A stretch of DNA of 64,000 nt, from NCBI GenBank assembly GCA_030427205.1, contig JAUHXC010000036.1:16185-80184 (forward strand), written 5' to 3'. The DNA is from a bacterium. Lineage in GTDB: Bacteria > Myxococcota_A > Bradymonadia > UBA7976 > UBA1532. Under the pieces are notes generated by a model, which was given only the letters and a program-made list of their open reading frames with translations, was not told the DNA's origin and did not search any database. The position numbers and the translations under genes are program-made. Shown piece by piece: positions 27,150 to 37,824 of the stretch. Position 1 is the stretch's first letter; each line of letters opens with the position of its first letter.

Positions 27150-28931
27150 TCACCACACCCGCTGCCCGCGGCCGTCCCACGGCGCGCCGTCGTTGCCTTC
27201 GATGGGTACGCCGTCGGGGTCGGTGACGAAGTTGCCCAGGTCGCCGAAGGCCCGCTCGCGGTTGACCGACTCACCGGCCTGACGCATCGGCGCGCGCGCG
27301 CCGCCGCGCTCGATCTCGATCACGTCGTGGGGCCCGGGGCGCAGGTCGACCAGCGCGCCCTTGCGCTTGGGGTTGAGCAGCTGCTCCTCGTTGCCGATGG
27401 GGTCGGCGACGGTCTTGGCCTTGAGCGTCCAGACCAGCAGCGACGTCGGATCGCGATCGGGGAAGCTGCCGGCGAGCAGGTCGGCGTAGCCGTAGTACTG
27501 CTTGCCGACGTCGTTCTGGTTGACTGGCCCGGCCATCAGGCAGATACCCGCCAGCAGATCGCAGTCCTCGGGCAGGTTCACCACGCCCATCAGCTCGGCG
27601 ACCAGCGCGCCGCGGGCGGCGGCGGCGCCGAACGCGCGGATGGCGGCGTGCCAGTCGAGGCCGTTGTCGGCCATCTCGTTCTTGCAGAGCCCGCCGATGT
27701 AGATCCGCTGGCCGACGAGCGCGAAGGCCTTGCGCCCGCGCTCGGCGTTGCGGCTGAAGGCGCGGCCGGTGGGCAGGTCGGCCCACAGGGGCATGTCGGC
27801 GACGACCCGATCGGTGATCGCGTTGAGCTCGCCGCGGATGGCCCGCAGCCGGGCCTTGCCGCCGTCGGTGAGCACGTCGACCCGGTCGAGCATCAGCAGC
27901 CGGCGGGCCAGCTCGCGGTCGAGGCCGGTCCAGTGCTCGAAGGCGTTGTAGGCCGCCCGGCCGGCCATCTCGACCAGCGCCGGGGGCACGTCCATCTCCT
28001 GGCGCAGCTGGTAGGGCGCCGGCGCGGCCTCCTCCTGGTTGACGCCCGGCTGGATGCGCTCGCTGCGGAACGCGAGCAGGTTGGCGCCCAGCTTGCGCGC
28101 GGTGGTCTCGTCGAGCGCGATGCGCTCGGCGGGCAGCGCCTCGCCGACCTGGGTCACCAGCGCCAGCCGCCAGCCCGCCAGCCGCTCGCGGCGGGTGAGG
28201 CCGCACAGGGCCTCCAGCTTGCGGATGGTCGCCTTGTTGCGCCGCGCCGCCTCGCCGACGAAGGGCCGCATGAACGCCTGGGCCCGCCGCCGCCCGGCCG
28301 AGGCGATGACCGCCGCCCGCTCCATGGCGTCGGCCAGGATGCCCACGTGCAGGTGCGGCAGGTAGCCGATGGTCGGGATGTCGTCGATGAACTGCGTGCG
28401 CTTGCGGACCGCCCGCAGCGCCACCGTCGCCAGGCTGCGGATCGGCTTGTGGCCCACCAGGGTCAACAGCATCGTGAACGGGTTGCGATAGGGCACGCCC
28501 ACGACGAGGTGGGCATAGCCCGCGCCGTCGAGCGGCGGGGCCTCGATGCCGTCGAGCTGGCGCAAGAGGCCGGCGAGCGCGCTCTGTCGCTCGGGGCCGA
28601 GGGTCACCTGGCGGAAGCCGCGGTAGTTGGTCGACTGCCGCGCGCTGAGCACGCCGAGCGCGCACTCCTCGAACAGCTCGCCCTCGGTGACGGGCTGGGG
28701 CTCGGCGAAGCCGGTGGGCCGCGGCATCGACAGCAGCACCAGCCCCTGGCGGGCTTCGTCTTCGGTCATCGGGACCCGCGTGCGGTAGCCCACCGGCGAG
28801 GCGGAGTCGAGGCCGCCGGGCAGGGTGTAGCGGGTCTTGCGCTCGCCGGGGGCGGCGAAGCGGGCCTCGCGCCGGGGCCGAGGGCTCGGCGGCGGGTCGA
28901 TCGGGGTGACCTGGAGGGGCTTGTGGGGCAT
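27150..28931 (-). CDS. Hypothetical cytoplasmic protein, about 590 aa
   Basis: Long ORF with host-like codon bias and globular composition; no family recognised. Start ATG 28931 (ORF open to 28991). Confidence 0.8.
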   Translation of the reverse strand: MPHKPLQVTPIDPPPSPRPRREARFAAPGERKTRYTLPGGLDSASPVGYRTRVPMTEDEARQGLVLLSMPRPTGFAEPQPVTEGELFEECALGVLSARQSTNYRGFRQVTLGPERQSALAGLLRQLDGIEAPPLDGAGYAHLVVGVPYRNPFTMLLTLVGHKPIRSLATVALRAVRKRTQFIDDIPTIGYLPHLHVGILADAMERAAVIASAGRRRAQAFMRPFVGEAARRNKATIRKLEALCGLTRRERLAGWRLALVTQVGEALPAERIALDETTARKLGANLLAFRSERIQPGVNQEEAAPAPYQLRQEMDVPPALVEMAGRAAYNAFEHWTGLDRELARRLLMLDRVDVLTDGGKARLRAIRGELNAITDRVVADMPLWADLPTGRAFSRNAERGRKAFALVGQRIYIGGLCKNEMADNGLDWHAAIRAFGAAAARGALVAELMGVVNLPEDCDLLAGICLMAGPVNQNDVGKQYYGYADLLAGSFPDRDPTSLLVWTLKAKTVADPIGNEEQLLNPKRKGALVDLRPGPHDVIEIERGGARAPMRQAGESVNRERAFGDLGNFVTDPDGVPIEGNDGAPWDGRGQRVW

Positions 28932-29007
28932 GGGGCGTCTCGTCTGGCCGTGGCGGCGCACGCTGTAGGCCAGCGGGGGGGCCGCGGTCAAGCCCCGTGA
29001 GCGGGTA

Positions 29008-30270
29008 TCACTGGCTCGCGGTGCCCACGGTGAGGGTCAGCGCGCGGTGCTCGACGCCGCGGATGAGCTTCAACGGGACCGCCGTGCCCGGTCGGGTGGC
29101 GGCCACCAGCCAGGGCAGGGCCTCGGGATCGTCGACGGCGTGCTCGCCGTAGGACAGCAGCAGATCGCCGGGTTCGAGGCCGGCGGCGTGGGCCGGGCCG
29201 CCTTCGACGACGCCGCGCACCCGCACGCCGCGGCGGCGCTTGAGGCCGGCGGCGCGGGCCATCTTGGTGGTGACCCGGCCGGTGTAGAGGCCGGCGAAGC
29301 CGCGGGCGAAGGTGCCGTCGGCGATGAGCCGCTCGGCGACGGTGCGCACCATGTCGATGCGGATGGAGAAGGTGAGCTTGCCGTCGACCACTGCGGTATT
29401 GAGCCCGACCACCCGGCCGCGGGTATCCACCAGCGGGCCGCCCGAGCTGCCCGCGGCCACCGCCACGTCGCTCTGGATGAACTCGGCCAGCTTCGGCGCG
29501 CCGGGCGGCAGCGAGCGCCGGCCCACCGCGCTGACGACGCCGACGGTGATCGAGTGGGCCATGCCCTGAGGGTTGCCCACCGCCGCGACCCAGGCCCCCG
29601 GGCGGACCTCGTCCACCGGCGCGAGGGCGACCGGCGGCAGGCCAAGCGCGCCGGGGTCGATCACCGCCAGATCGGTCGCCGCGTCGAGCCCCACCAGCCG
29701 GGCCCGGGTGACCCGGCCCTCCTGGGTGCGCACCCGGATGCGCGGCGCGTCGCCGATGAGGTGGGCGTTGGTGACGATGTGCCCGTCGCTGTCCCAGGCG
29801 AAGCCGGTGCCGGTGCGATCGGCCTGGAAGCGGCCGTCGATGAGCTGCCCCGCGACCACCCCGACCACCGAGGGGGCGACCGCGTCGAAGACGGCGGCGA
29901 AGTCGGGGCCGCCGACCGTCTCGGTCTTGAGCGGCGCGCGTGGCCGAACGCCGCCGCTGCGCACCCGCTTGCGCGGTCGGGCCTCGGCCTTCGGCGGGGG
30001 CGGGGGCGGCGAGGCCGCGGGCGCGTCGTCTTCGGTGTTCTGCGGTGCAGGCGGGGTGTCGATCGGGGGCGGCGCGGCCGGCGCGCTCGGCGGCTCGGGC
30101 GCGGCGGAGGGCGGCGGCGCGGCGGTCGGCGGTGCGGAAGAGGGCGGCGCATCGGGCGCGCAGCCGAGCGGCGCCGTGAGCGACAGCGCCGTGAGCGACA
30201 GCGCCGTGAGCAGCGGCGCCGTGAGCCGCAGCGCCGTGAGCCGCAGCGCCCGGGGCAGGCCCCGGTTCAC
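29008..30270 (-). CDS. HtrA/DegP-like serine protease with one PDZ domain (lipoprotein)
   Basis: Triad TNAH / DLAVI / GSSGGPL; PDZ VEGGPAHAAGLEPGDLL; Pro-rich linker. Confidence 0.92.
   Translation of the reverse strand: MNRGLPRALRLTALRLTAPLLTALSLTALSLTAPLGCAPDAPPSSAPPTAAPPPSAAPEPPSAPAAPPPIDTPPAPQNTEDDAPAASPPPPPPKAEARPRKRVRSGGVRPRAPLKTETVGGPDFAAVFDAVAPSVVGVVAGQLIDGRFQADRTGTGFAWDSDGHIVTNAHLIGDAPRIRVRTQEGRVTRARLVGLDAATDLAVIDPGALGLPPVALAPVDEVRPGAWVAAVGNPQGMAHSITVGVVSAVGRRSLPPGAPKLAEFIQSDVAVAAGSSGGPLVDTRGRVVGLNTAVVDGKLTFSIRIDMVRTVAERLIADGTFARGFAGLYTGRVTTKMARAAGLKRRRGVRVRGVVEGGPAHAAGLEPGDLLLSYGEHAVDDPEALPWLVAATRPGTAVPLKLIRGVEHRALTLTVGTASQ
30171..30250. repeat. 15-bp tandem repeat (about 5 copies) in the HtrA signal peptide
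   Basis: GCGCCGTGAG-N5 units encoding ALRLT/APLLT/ALSLT on the minus strand. Confidence 0.85.
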
Positions 30271-30593
30271 CGGCCGCCGGCGTGACGCAGGAACTTCATC
30301 CGCAGGTCGTAGAGCACGCTGCCGAGCAGCTGCTCCTCTTCGAGGGTCAGGTTGCCGGCGGTCTTCTCTTTGAGCACGACCAGCGTATCGATGGTGTGGC
30401 GGGCGGCGTCGAGGTCGCGCTCGTCGTCGGGCACCCCGTCCATCTCGCCGAGGTGCATCAGCGCCATGGCGTTGAGCGAGATGATGTGCGTCGAGAACGT
30501 CATCTCGCGCAGGGTGCGGCTCTTGAGCGCTTCGGGCCCCCCGTCGGTCTCGGGGGTGTCGACGATGCGGCCGGTGCGGTCCTTGTCGGTCAT
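30267..30593 (-). CDS. DUF1844 family protein
   Basis: FSTHIISL...ALMHLGE...DLDAARHTIDTLVVLKEKTAGNLTLEEEQLL...LYDLRMKF. Confidence 0.85.
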   Translation of the reverse strand: MTDKDRTGRIVDTPETDGGPEALKSRTLREMTFSTHIISLNAMALMHLGEMDGVPDDERDLDAARHTIDTLVVLKEKTAGNLTLEEEQLLGSVLYDLRMKFLRHAGGR

Positions 30594-30641
30594 CGGCGGC
30601 TCCATCGAAGGGGCGGGCGCCCCGTGGGGTTCAGCGGTGGA

Positions 30642-30842
30642 TCACTCGTTCTCGCCGGTGTCCTTGGCCTTGACGTCGGCCAGGCCCACCGAGGCGACCT
30701 CGATCTCGACCTTCGCCGCGCGGCTGCTGATGTCGGGCAGGTCGGCGAGCGACTTGTCGAAAGCGGCCTGTTCGACCAGGCCGCGCTCAATGTGGCGGCG
30801 CACCAGGCGCTTGTCGAGCAGCTTGTCTTCGGGCACGTTCAT
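30642..30842 (-). CDS. Small hypothetical protein (66 aa)
   Basis: MNVPEDKLLDKRLVRRHIERGLV...LADLPD; ATG after GAGG; 3' part of track ORF 30642..31349. Confidence 0.7.
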   Translation of the reverse strand: MNVPEDKLLDKRLVRRHIERGLVEQAAFDKSLADLPDISSRAAKVEIEVASVGLADVKAKDTGENE

Positions 30843-31074
30843 CGGGACCTCGCTGGTCTGGGTGAGCAAGCGCCGAATGATGGGGTCCGAAGCGGTCTGC
30901 GTCAAGCGCTCGCCGATCGTTCGCGTGCGTTCGCCGTCGAGCGGCCGATCCGGGCGCCGGGGAATGCGCCGGGTACGATCGTGGGTTGACAGCGGCCGCG
31001 ACGTGTTTAAGAAGCGGCCCGCCGGCATGATCGCGCCAGCGTCAGATCGTCTTCGAGATTTTGGGAGGTCCCGC

Positions 31075-32070
<996 letters not shown>

Positions 32071-32077
32071 CCGCATC

Positions 32078-32958
<881 letters not shown>

Positions 32959-32962
<4 letters not shown>

Positions 32963-34164
32963 TGCGGCAGCTCTCCTGGTCGATCGCGCTGGCGGCGCTG
33001 CTGCTCGGGCCCGCGCTGGCCCAGACGCCCGATACGCCGGCCATGCCCAAGACGCCGCCGGTCGCGGCGCCCACCCCGGACGCCGAAGATACGCCCGAGG
33101 CGCCCGCCGAGCCCGCCGGCCCGCCGCCGGCCAAGGGCCCACCGCCCGCCATCAAGATGCAGTGCGCGCCGAACCCCGTGCGCATCGGCGAGCGGCTGGT
33201 CTGCACCCTCACCGCCGTGCACCGCGCCGACGTGAGCATCGAGGTCACCGCGCCCGAGCGCTTCGAGGTGGGCGAGCCGACGCCGGCGAAGACCCGGGAC
33301 GACGGCCTGCTCGAGACCGTGCGCGCGCTCACCGTGCGCCCCGACTCGATGCGCAAGGTGCGGGTGCGCGGGCTGCAGGTGGTCTACACCGAGGCCAGCG
33401 GCGGCCAGGGCACCATGGCGGTGCCCGACCAGATCGTGCCCACCAGGAGCGTGATCGCCGGCACCGACCAGCCGACGTTCCGCACCTTCGAGACCCCCGG
33501 CGGCGGCGTCGAGGGCCAGGACGGCCCCAATGTGGCCGACGGCTACTTCGCCCGCCACGGGCCGCTGCCCTATCGGGTCTTCAACTGGCCGCTGTTCATC
33601 GCGCTGTGCGTGCTCGGCGGCGTCGGCCTCGGTATCGGCGTCGGGGTGCTCGTCAAGCGCTACCTCGACGCCCGGCGCATCGACCCCGGCCCGCCGGTGG
33701 ACCCGCGGCCGGCCCACGTCATCGCGTATGCCGAGCTCGAGGCGCTGCTCGCCTTGAACCTGCCCGCCGACGGCCGGGTGGGCGAGTTCTACGTGCGCCT
33801 GTCGGAGATCGTGCGCCGCTATCTCGGCCGCCGCTTCGGCATCGACGCCCCCGAGATGACCAGCGACCAGATCCGGGCCTGGGCCACCCTGCAGGGCGAG
33901 CGCTTCGGCGCGGAGGTGCGGCTGGGGCTCGACGACTTCCTGGCCGAGACCGACCTGGTCAAGTTCGCCGACTTCAGCCCGACCGAGTCCGAGATCAGCA
34001 CCGTGACCCGCCAGGCCCGCGGCCTCATCTCGCTGACCCGGGTGCCCGACGCCGGCGGCGAGCCGAGCGCGCCGGCCCCGTCCGCGCCCGCCGCCGAGCC
34101 GCCGGCCAGCAAGCACGCGCCCGCCGAGCCGCCGGTCTCCCTCGAAAAGGGGGACGACGCATGA
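32959..34164 (+). CDS. Bat-operon accessory membrane protein
   Basis: Signal peptide, beta-rich domain, single TM, C-terminal FYVRLSEIVRRYL...EMTS...DLVKFA; position between DUF58 and BatA. Confidence 0.8.
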
Positions 34165-35219
34165 TCTGGCCGGAGTACGAGCTGGCGACGCGGGTCGCCT
34201 TCTGGGTGCTCGTCGCCCTGACGCTGCTCGGCGCGGTGCACGGCTGGCGCAAGCGCTGGGCCCACGCGCCCGGCCTGCGCTTCCCGGCCCGCGAGCGGGT
34301 GAAGAGCGTGCGCCGCGGCTGGCGCGCCCGGCTGGCCCACGCCCCGCTGCTGCTGCGCTTCGCCGCGCTGGGGCTGATGCTGGCCGCGCTCACCCGACCC
34401 CAGCTGCCCGAGAACGAGACCGCCGAGGTCGAGGGCATCGACATCGTCATCGCGTTCGACATGTCGGGCTCGATGCGCTCGATCGACATCAGCGACGACG
34501 ACCTCGTGAAGCTGCGCAACGCCGGCGAAGAGCCCCGCGACCGCTTCACCTCCGGGGTCAAGGTGCTGCGCGACTTCATCTCGAGCCGGCAGTACGACCG
34601 GGTGAGCCTGGTGGTCTTCGGCAAAGAGGCCTACCTGCAGTTCCCGCTGACCCTCGACTACGGGGTGATGCTCGACATCCTCGACCGCATGGCGCTCGGC
34701 GACATCGACGGCTCGGGCACCGCCATCGGCAACGCCCTGGCCATGAGCCTCGCCCGCCTGCGCGAGAGCGAGGCCAAGACCCGGCTGGTCATCCTGATCA
34801 CCGACGGCGAAGACAACGGCAGCCAGGTCAGCCCGCTGGAGATGGCGGTCGAGGCCCAGGAGCGCGGGGTCAAGGTCTTCACGATATTGGTGGGCTCGGA
34901 GGATCAGACCCGTCAGCCCAGCGACGCGGTCGACCTGTTCTCGGGTCAGCGCATCTACCGCAAGGTGGACAACGACGTGAACCCGGCGCTCTTGCAGCAG
35001 ATCGCCGAGAAGGGCGGCGGGCGCTTCTATCGCTCGGAGAACGAGCAGGAGCTGGCCCAGGACTTCCACGACATCCTCGACGAGTTCGAGAAGTCGCGGC
35101 TGGTGGACTACGCCGCGGCCGACAAGGAGGAGAAGTACCTCAGCTTCCTCCTGCCGGCCCTGGCGCTGTTGATGCTGGAGATCTTCCTCTCGCAGACCAT
35201 CCTCAGGAGGTTTCCGTGA
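34161..35219 (+). CDS. batA: BatA-like VWA membrane protein
   Basis: ALTRPQ, EGIDIVIAFDMSGSM (MIDAS), PLTLDY, GTAIG, LITDGEDN; ATGA overlap. Confidence 0.85.
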   Translation: MIWPEYELATRVAFWVLVALTLLGAVHGWRKRWAHAPGLRFPARERVKSVRRGWRARLAHAPLLLRFAALGLMLAALTRPQLPENETAEVEGIDIVIAFDMSGSMRSIDISDDDLVKLRNAGEEPRDRFTSGVKVLRDFISSRQYDRVSLVVFGKEAYLQFPLTLDYGVMLDILDRMALGDIDGSGTAIGNALAMSLARLRESEAKTRLVILITDGEDNGSQVSPLEMAVEAQERGVKVFTILVGSEDQTRQPSDAVDLFSGQRIYRKVDNDVNPALLQQIAEKGGGRFYRSENEQELAQDFHDILDEFEKSRLVDYAAADKEEKYLSFLLPALALLMLEIFLSQTILRRFP

Positions 35220-36283
35220 GGTGGGGACAGCCCGAGATGTGGTGGCTGGTCGCGCTGCCGCTGGTGGCCATCGCGCTGTGGGTCTACGGCCACCTGATCC
35301 GGCGGCATCTGGCCCGAAAGGCGGGCGAACACCCGCTGGTGCTGCGCCTGCTGGCGACCTTCAGCCCCGAGCGGCGGCTGTTCAAGCAGCTCGTCGTCGG
35401 CCTCGCGCTGACGCTGGCGGTCATCGCCGCGATTCGCCCGCAGTACGGCCGCCGGCCCGAGGCGCTGCGGCAGACGGGCATCGACGTCGCCGTGGCCTTC
35501 GACGTCTCGAAGTCGATGCTCGCCCGGGACGTGCAACCGTCGCGCATCGACGCGGCGCGCATGCAGCTGCGCACGCTGCTGGCCCAGGTGGTGGGCGACC
35601 GGGTGGCGCTGGTGCCGTTCGCCGGCGTCGCCTGGGTGCAGTCGCCGCTGACCGCCGACCAGAGCGCGATCAAGCTCTACCTCGACAGCCTCGACCCGAT
35701 GCAGATGCCCGTCGGCGGCACCAACCTCGCGATGGCCATCGACCGCGGCGTGCAGCTGCTGACCGGCACCGAAGACCGCGGCGAGCGGTCGAGCCGCAGC
35801 CGGGTGCTCTTGCTGATCACCGACGGCGAAGACGTGGCCGGCGACGACGGCGAGGCGGCCAAGGAGGCCGCGCGCAAGGCCGCCGAGGCCGGGGTGAAGC
35901 TCTTCGCGGTGGCCGTCGGCACCCGGCTGGGCGAGCCGATCCCCATCGTCGCCGAGGACGGCAGCCACCAGGGCTACCAGAAAGACCGCCAGGGCAAGCC
36001 GATCTACTCCAAGCTCGACGTGCAGCTGCTCGAAGAGCTGGCCCGGCTGGCCGATCCCGAGGCGACCGACCGCGGGCGGGTCTTCCAATACGACGGGGGC
36101 GACATCTCGACGGTGCTGGCCGCCGAGCTGGATACACTGCAGAAGTCGGCGATGGAGTCGGCGATGCGCCACCGCTACGGGGAGAAGTTCCAGTACGTGC
36201 TCTTCCCGGCCATCCTGCTGTTGCTGCTCGATCTGCTGATCGGTGAGCGGCGTCGGCGGGCGCGGCGGGAGGAGGCCGCATGA
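35216..36283 (+). CDS. batB: BatB-like VWA membrane protein
   Basis: RPQYG, FDVSKSMLARDVQPSR, PLTAD, GGTNL, ITDGED; GTGA overlap. Confidence 0.85.
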   Translation: MRWGQPEMWWLVALPLVAIALWVYGHLIRRHLARKAGEHPLVLRLLATFSPERRLFKQLVVGLALTLAVIAAIRPQYGRRPEALRQTGIDVAVAFDVSKSMLARDVQPSRIDAARMQLRTLLAQVVGDRVALVPFAGVAWVQSPLTADQSAIKLYLDSLDPMQMPVGGTNLAMAIDRGVQLLTGTEDRGERSSRSRVLLLITDGEDVAGDDGEAAKEAARKAAEAGVKLFAVAVGTRLGEPIPIVAEDGSHQGYQKDRQGKPIYSKLDVQLLEELARLADPEATDRGRVFQYDGGDISTVLAAELDTLQKSAMESAMRHRYGEKFQYVLFPAILLLLLDLLIGERRRRARREEAA

Positions 36284-37824
36284 GGGTCAAGCTGCTGTTG
36301 CTGTGCCTGGGGCTCGTCGGCTTCGGCCCGATGATGTGCGACCAGCCCGACGTGGAGACCGCGCGCCAGCAGCTGCGCAACGCCGAGGCCGAGCCGGCCC
36401 TGTCGACCCTGGCCGAGGTGGGCGCCGACGCGCCCGAGGTGCACCTGGCCCGGGCGCATGCGCACATCGCGCTGAAGCGGTGGGACGAGGCCTCGAGCAG
36501 CCTCGATCAGGCCATGCGCGGCATCGCCGAGCGCGACGCGAAGCTTTCCGCCGAACGCCAGATCGACGACCTGCCGCCGCTGCCGCTGCCCGAGCGGCCC
36601 AGCGCCGAGCTGCGGGCGCGTACGCTCTTCGCCCGGGGGCTGGTCACCGTCGGCCGGGCCGAGGCCGAAGAAGACCCCGAGGCGGCCAAGACCTACTGGG
36701 AAGGCGCCGTCATCGACTTCGGCAAGGTGCTCGGCCTGCGCCCCGACGACGAGGACGCCCGCTGGAACATGGAGTTGGCGTGGCACATGGCCAACCCGAT
36801 CTGCGTCAAGCGCGACGACGATCGGGAGCAGGACGATACCCGCGCCGAGGCGAAGCCCATCGATCTGCAGCAGGCCCCCGAGGTCACCGAGCGCAAGCTC
36901 TGCCCGTCCGACGAGGACTGGTACGTCGTCGAGGGCAAGCGCGACGCGATCCTCTTCGTGACGCTGACCGGCGAGCTGAAGCCCTTCGAAGAGGAGGAGA
37001 CCCGCGAGGTGCGGTTGGCGCTGTTCGGGCCCGATGACGACCGCCCGCTGCGCGAGGCGCCGATGGTCGACGGCAAGGCGCTGGTTGGGGTGACCGGGCT
37101 GGCGCTGGACGGGCAGTACGCGATCCAGGTGTCGGGGCCGGGCGCCGCCGAGGTGGACTACTCGATCAAGGTCGACATCGTGCCGCCGTGCCCCGTCGAC
37201 GATCAGCTCGAAGAGAACGACAGCCCCGAGGCGGCGACCGCGCTGAAGGACGGCCAGACCCCCGGCTTGAAGGCGTGCCCCGGCGACGCCGACTGGTACA
37301 CGATGACCGTGCCCGCCGGCGAGAAGCGCCAGCTCAAGGTGGGCTTCGACGCCGACCGGGCGCCGCTGGCGGTCGAGCGCTTCGACGCGCTGGGTCAGGT
37401 CGCCGAGCAGGTGGGCCGGGCGGGCCAGGGCGGCATGGGCCTCGACCTGCCCGGCGACGAGGAGAAGGACGTCACCTCGCTGGTGCGCATCATCCCGGTG
37501 GGCGACCGCGAGAATACCTACAGCCTCGAGCTGGCGCCGCCGGAGGACAACAGCGGCGGCCAGGACCAGCAGGACCAGCAGGACCAGCAGGACCAGCAGG
37601 ACCAGCAGGACCAGCAGGATCAGGAAGACGAGCAGGACGAGCAGGACCAGCAAGACGAGCAGGATCAGCAGGACCAGCAGGACCAGCAGCCGCCCGAGCC
37701 GCAGCCGCAGGAGGCCATCGACCTCGACAAGCTGATCGACGCCATCGACGCCCACGAGCGCAACCCGCAGCTCGAGAAGGCCCTCAAGGAGCTGCAGGTC
37801 GTGCCGCGCATGGAGGACTACTGA
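36280..37824 (+). CDS. BatC-like TPR protein with two inserted beta-sandwich (PPC-like) domains and a Gln/Asp tract
   Basis: TPR ending RPDDEDARWNMELA; two C-x-x-D-D-x-x-E-x-[ND]-D...CP-x-D-x-DWY modules; QD tract; terminal MEDY; operon position. Confidence 0.75.
   Translation: MRVKLLLLCLGLVGFGPMMCDQPDVETARQQLRNAEAEPALSTLAEVGADAPEVHLARAHAHIALKRWDEASSSLDQAMRGIAERDAKLSAERQIDDLPPLPLPERPSAELRARTLFARGLVTVGRAEAEEDPEAAKTYWEGAVIDFGKVLGLRPDDEDARWNMELAWHMANPICVKRDDDREQDDTRAEAKPIDLQQAPEVTERKLCPSDEDWYVVEGKRDAILFVTLTGELKPFEEEETREVRLALFGPDDDRPLREAPMVDGKALVGVTGLALDGQYAIQVSGPGAAEVDYSIKVDIVPPCPVDDQLEENDSPEAATALKDGQTPGLKACPGDADWYTMTVPAGEKRQLKVGFDADRAPLAVERFDALGQVAEQVGRAGQGGMGLDLPGDEEKDVTSLVRIIPVGDRENTYSLELAPPEDNSGGQDQQDQQDQQDQQDQQDQQDQEDEQDEQDQQDEQDQQDQQDQQPPEPQPQEAIDLDKLIDAIDAHERNPQLEKALKELQVVPRMEDY
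37561..37689 (+). repeat. 9-bp CAGGACCAG-type tandem repeat (about 14 units) encoding QDQ/QDE
   Basis: Directly visible at 37561-37689. Confidence 0.9.
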
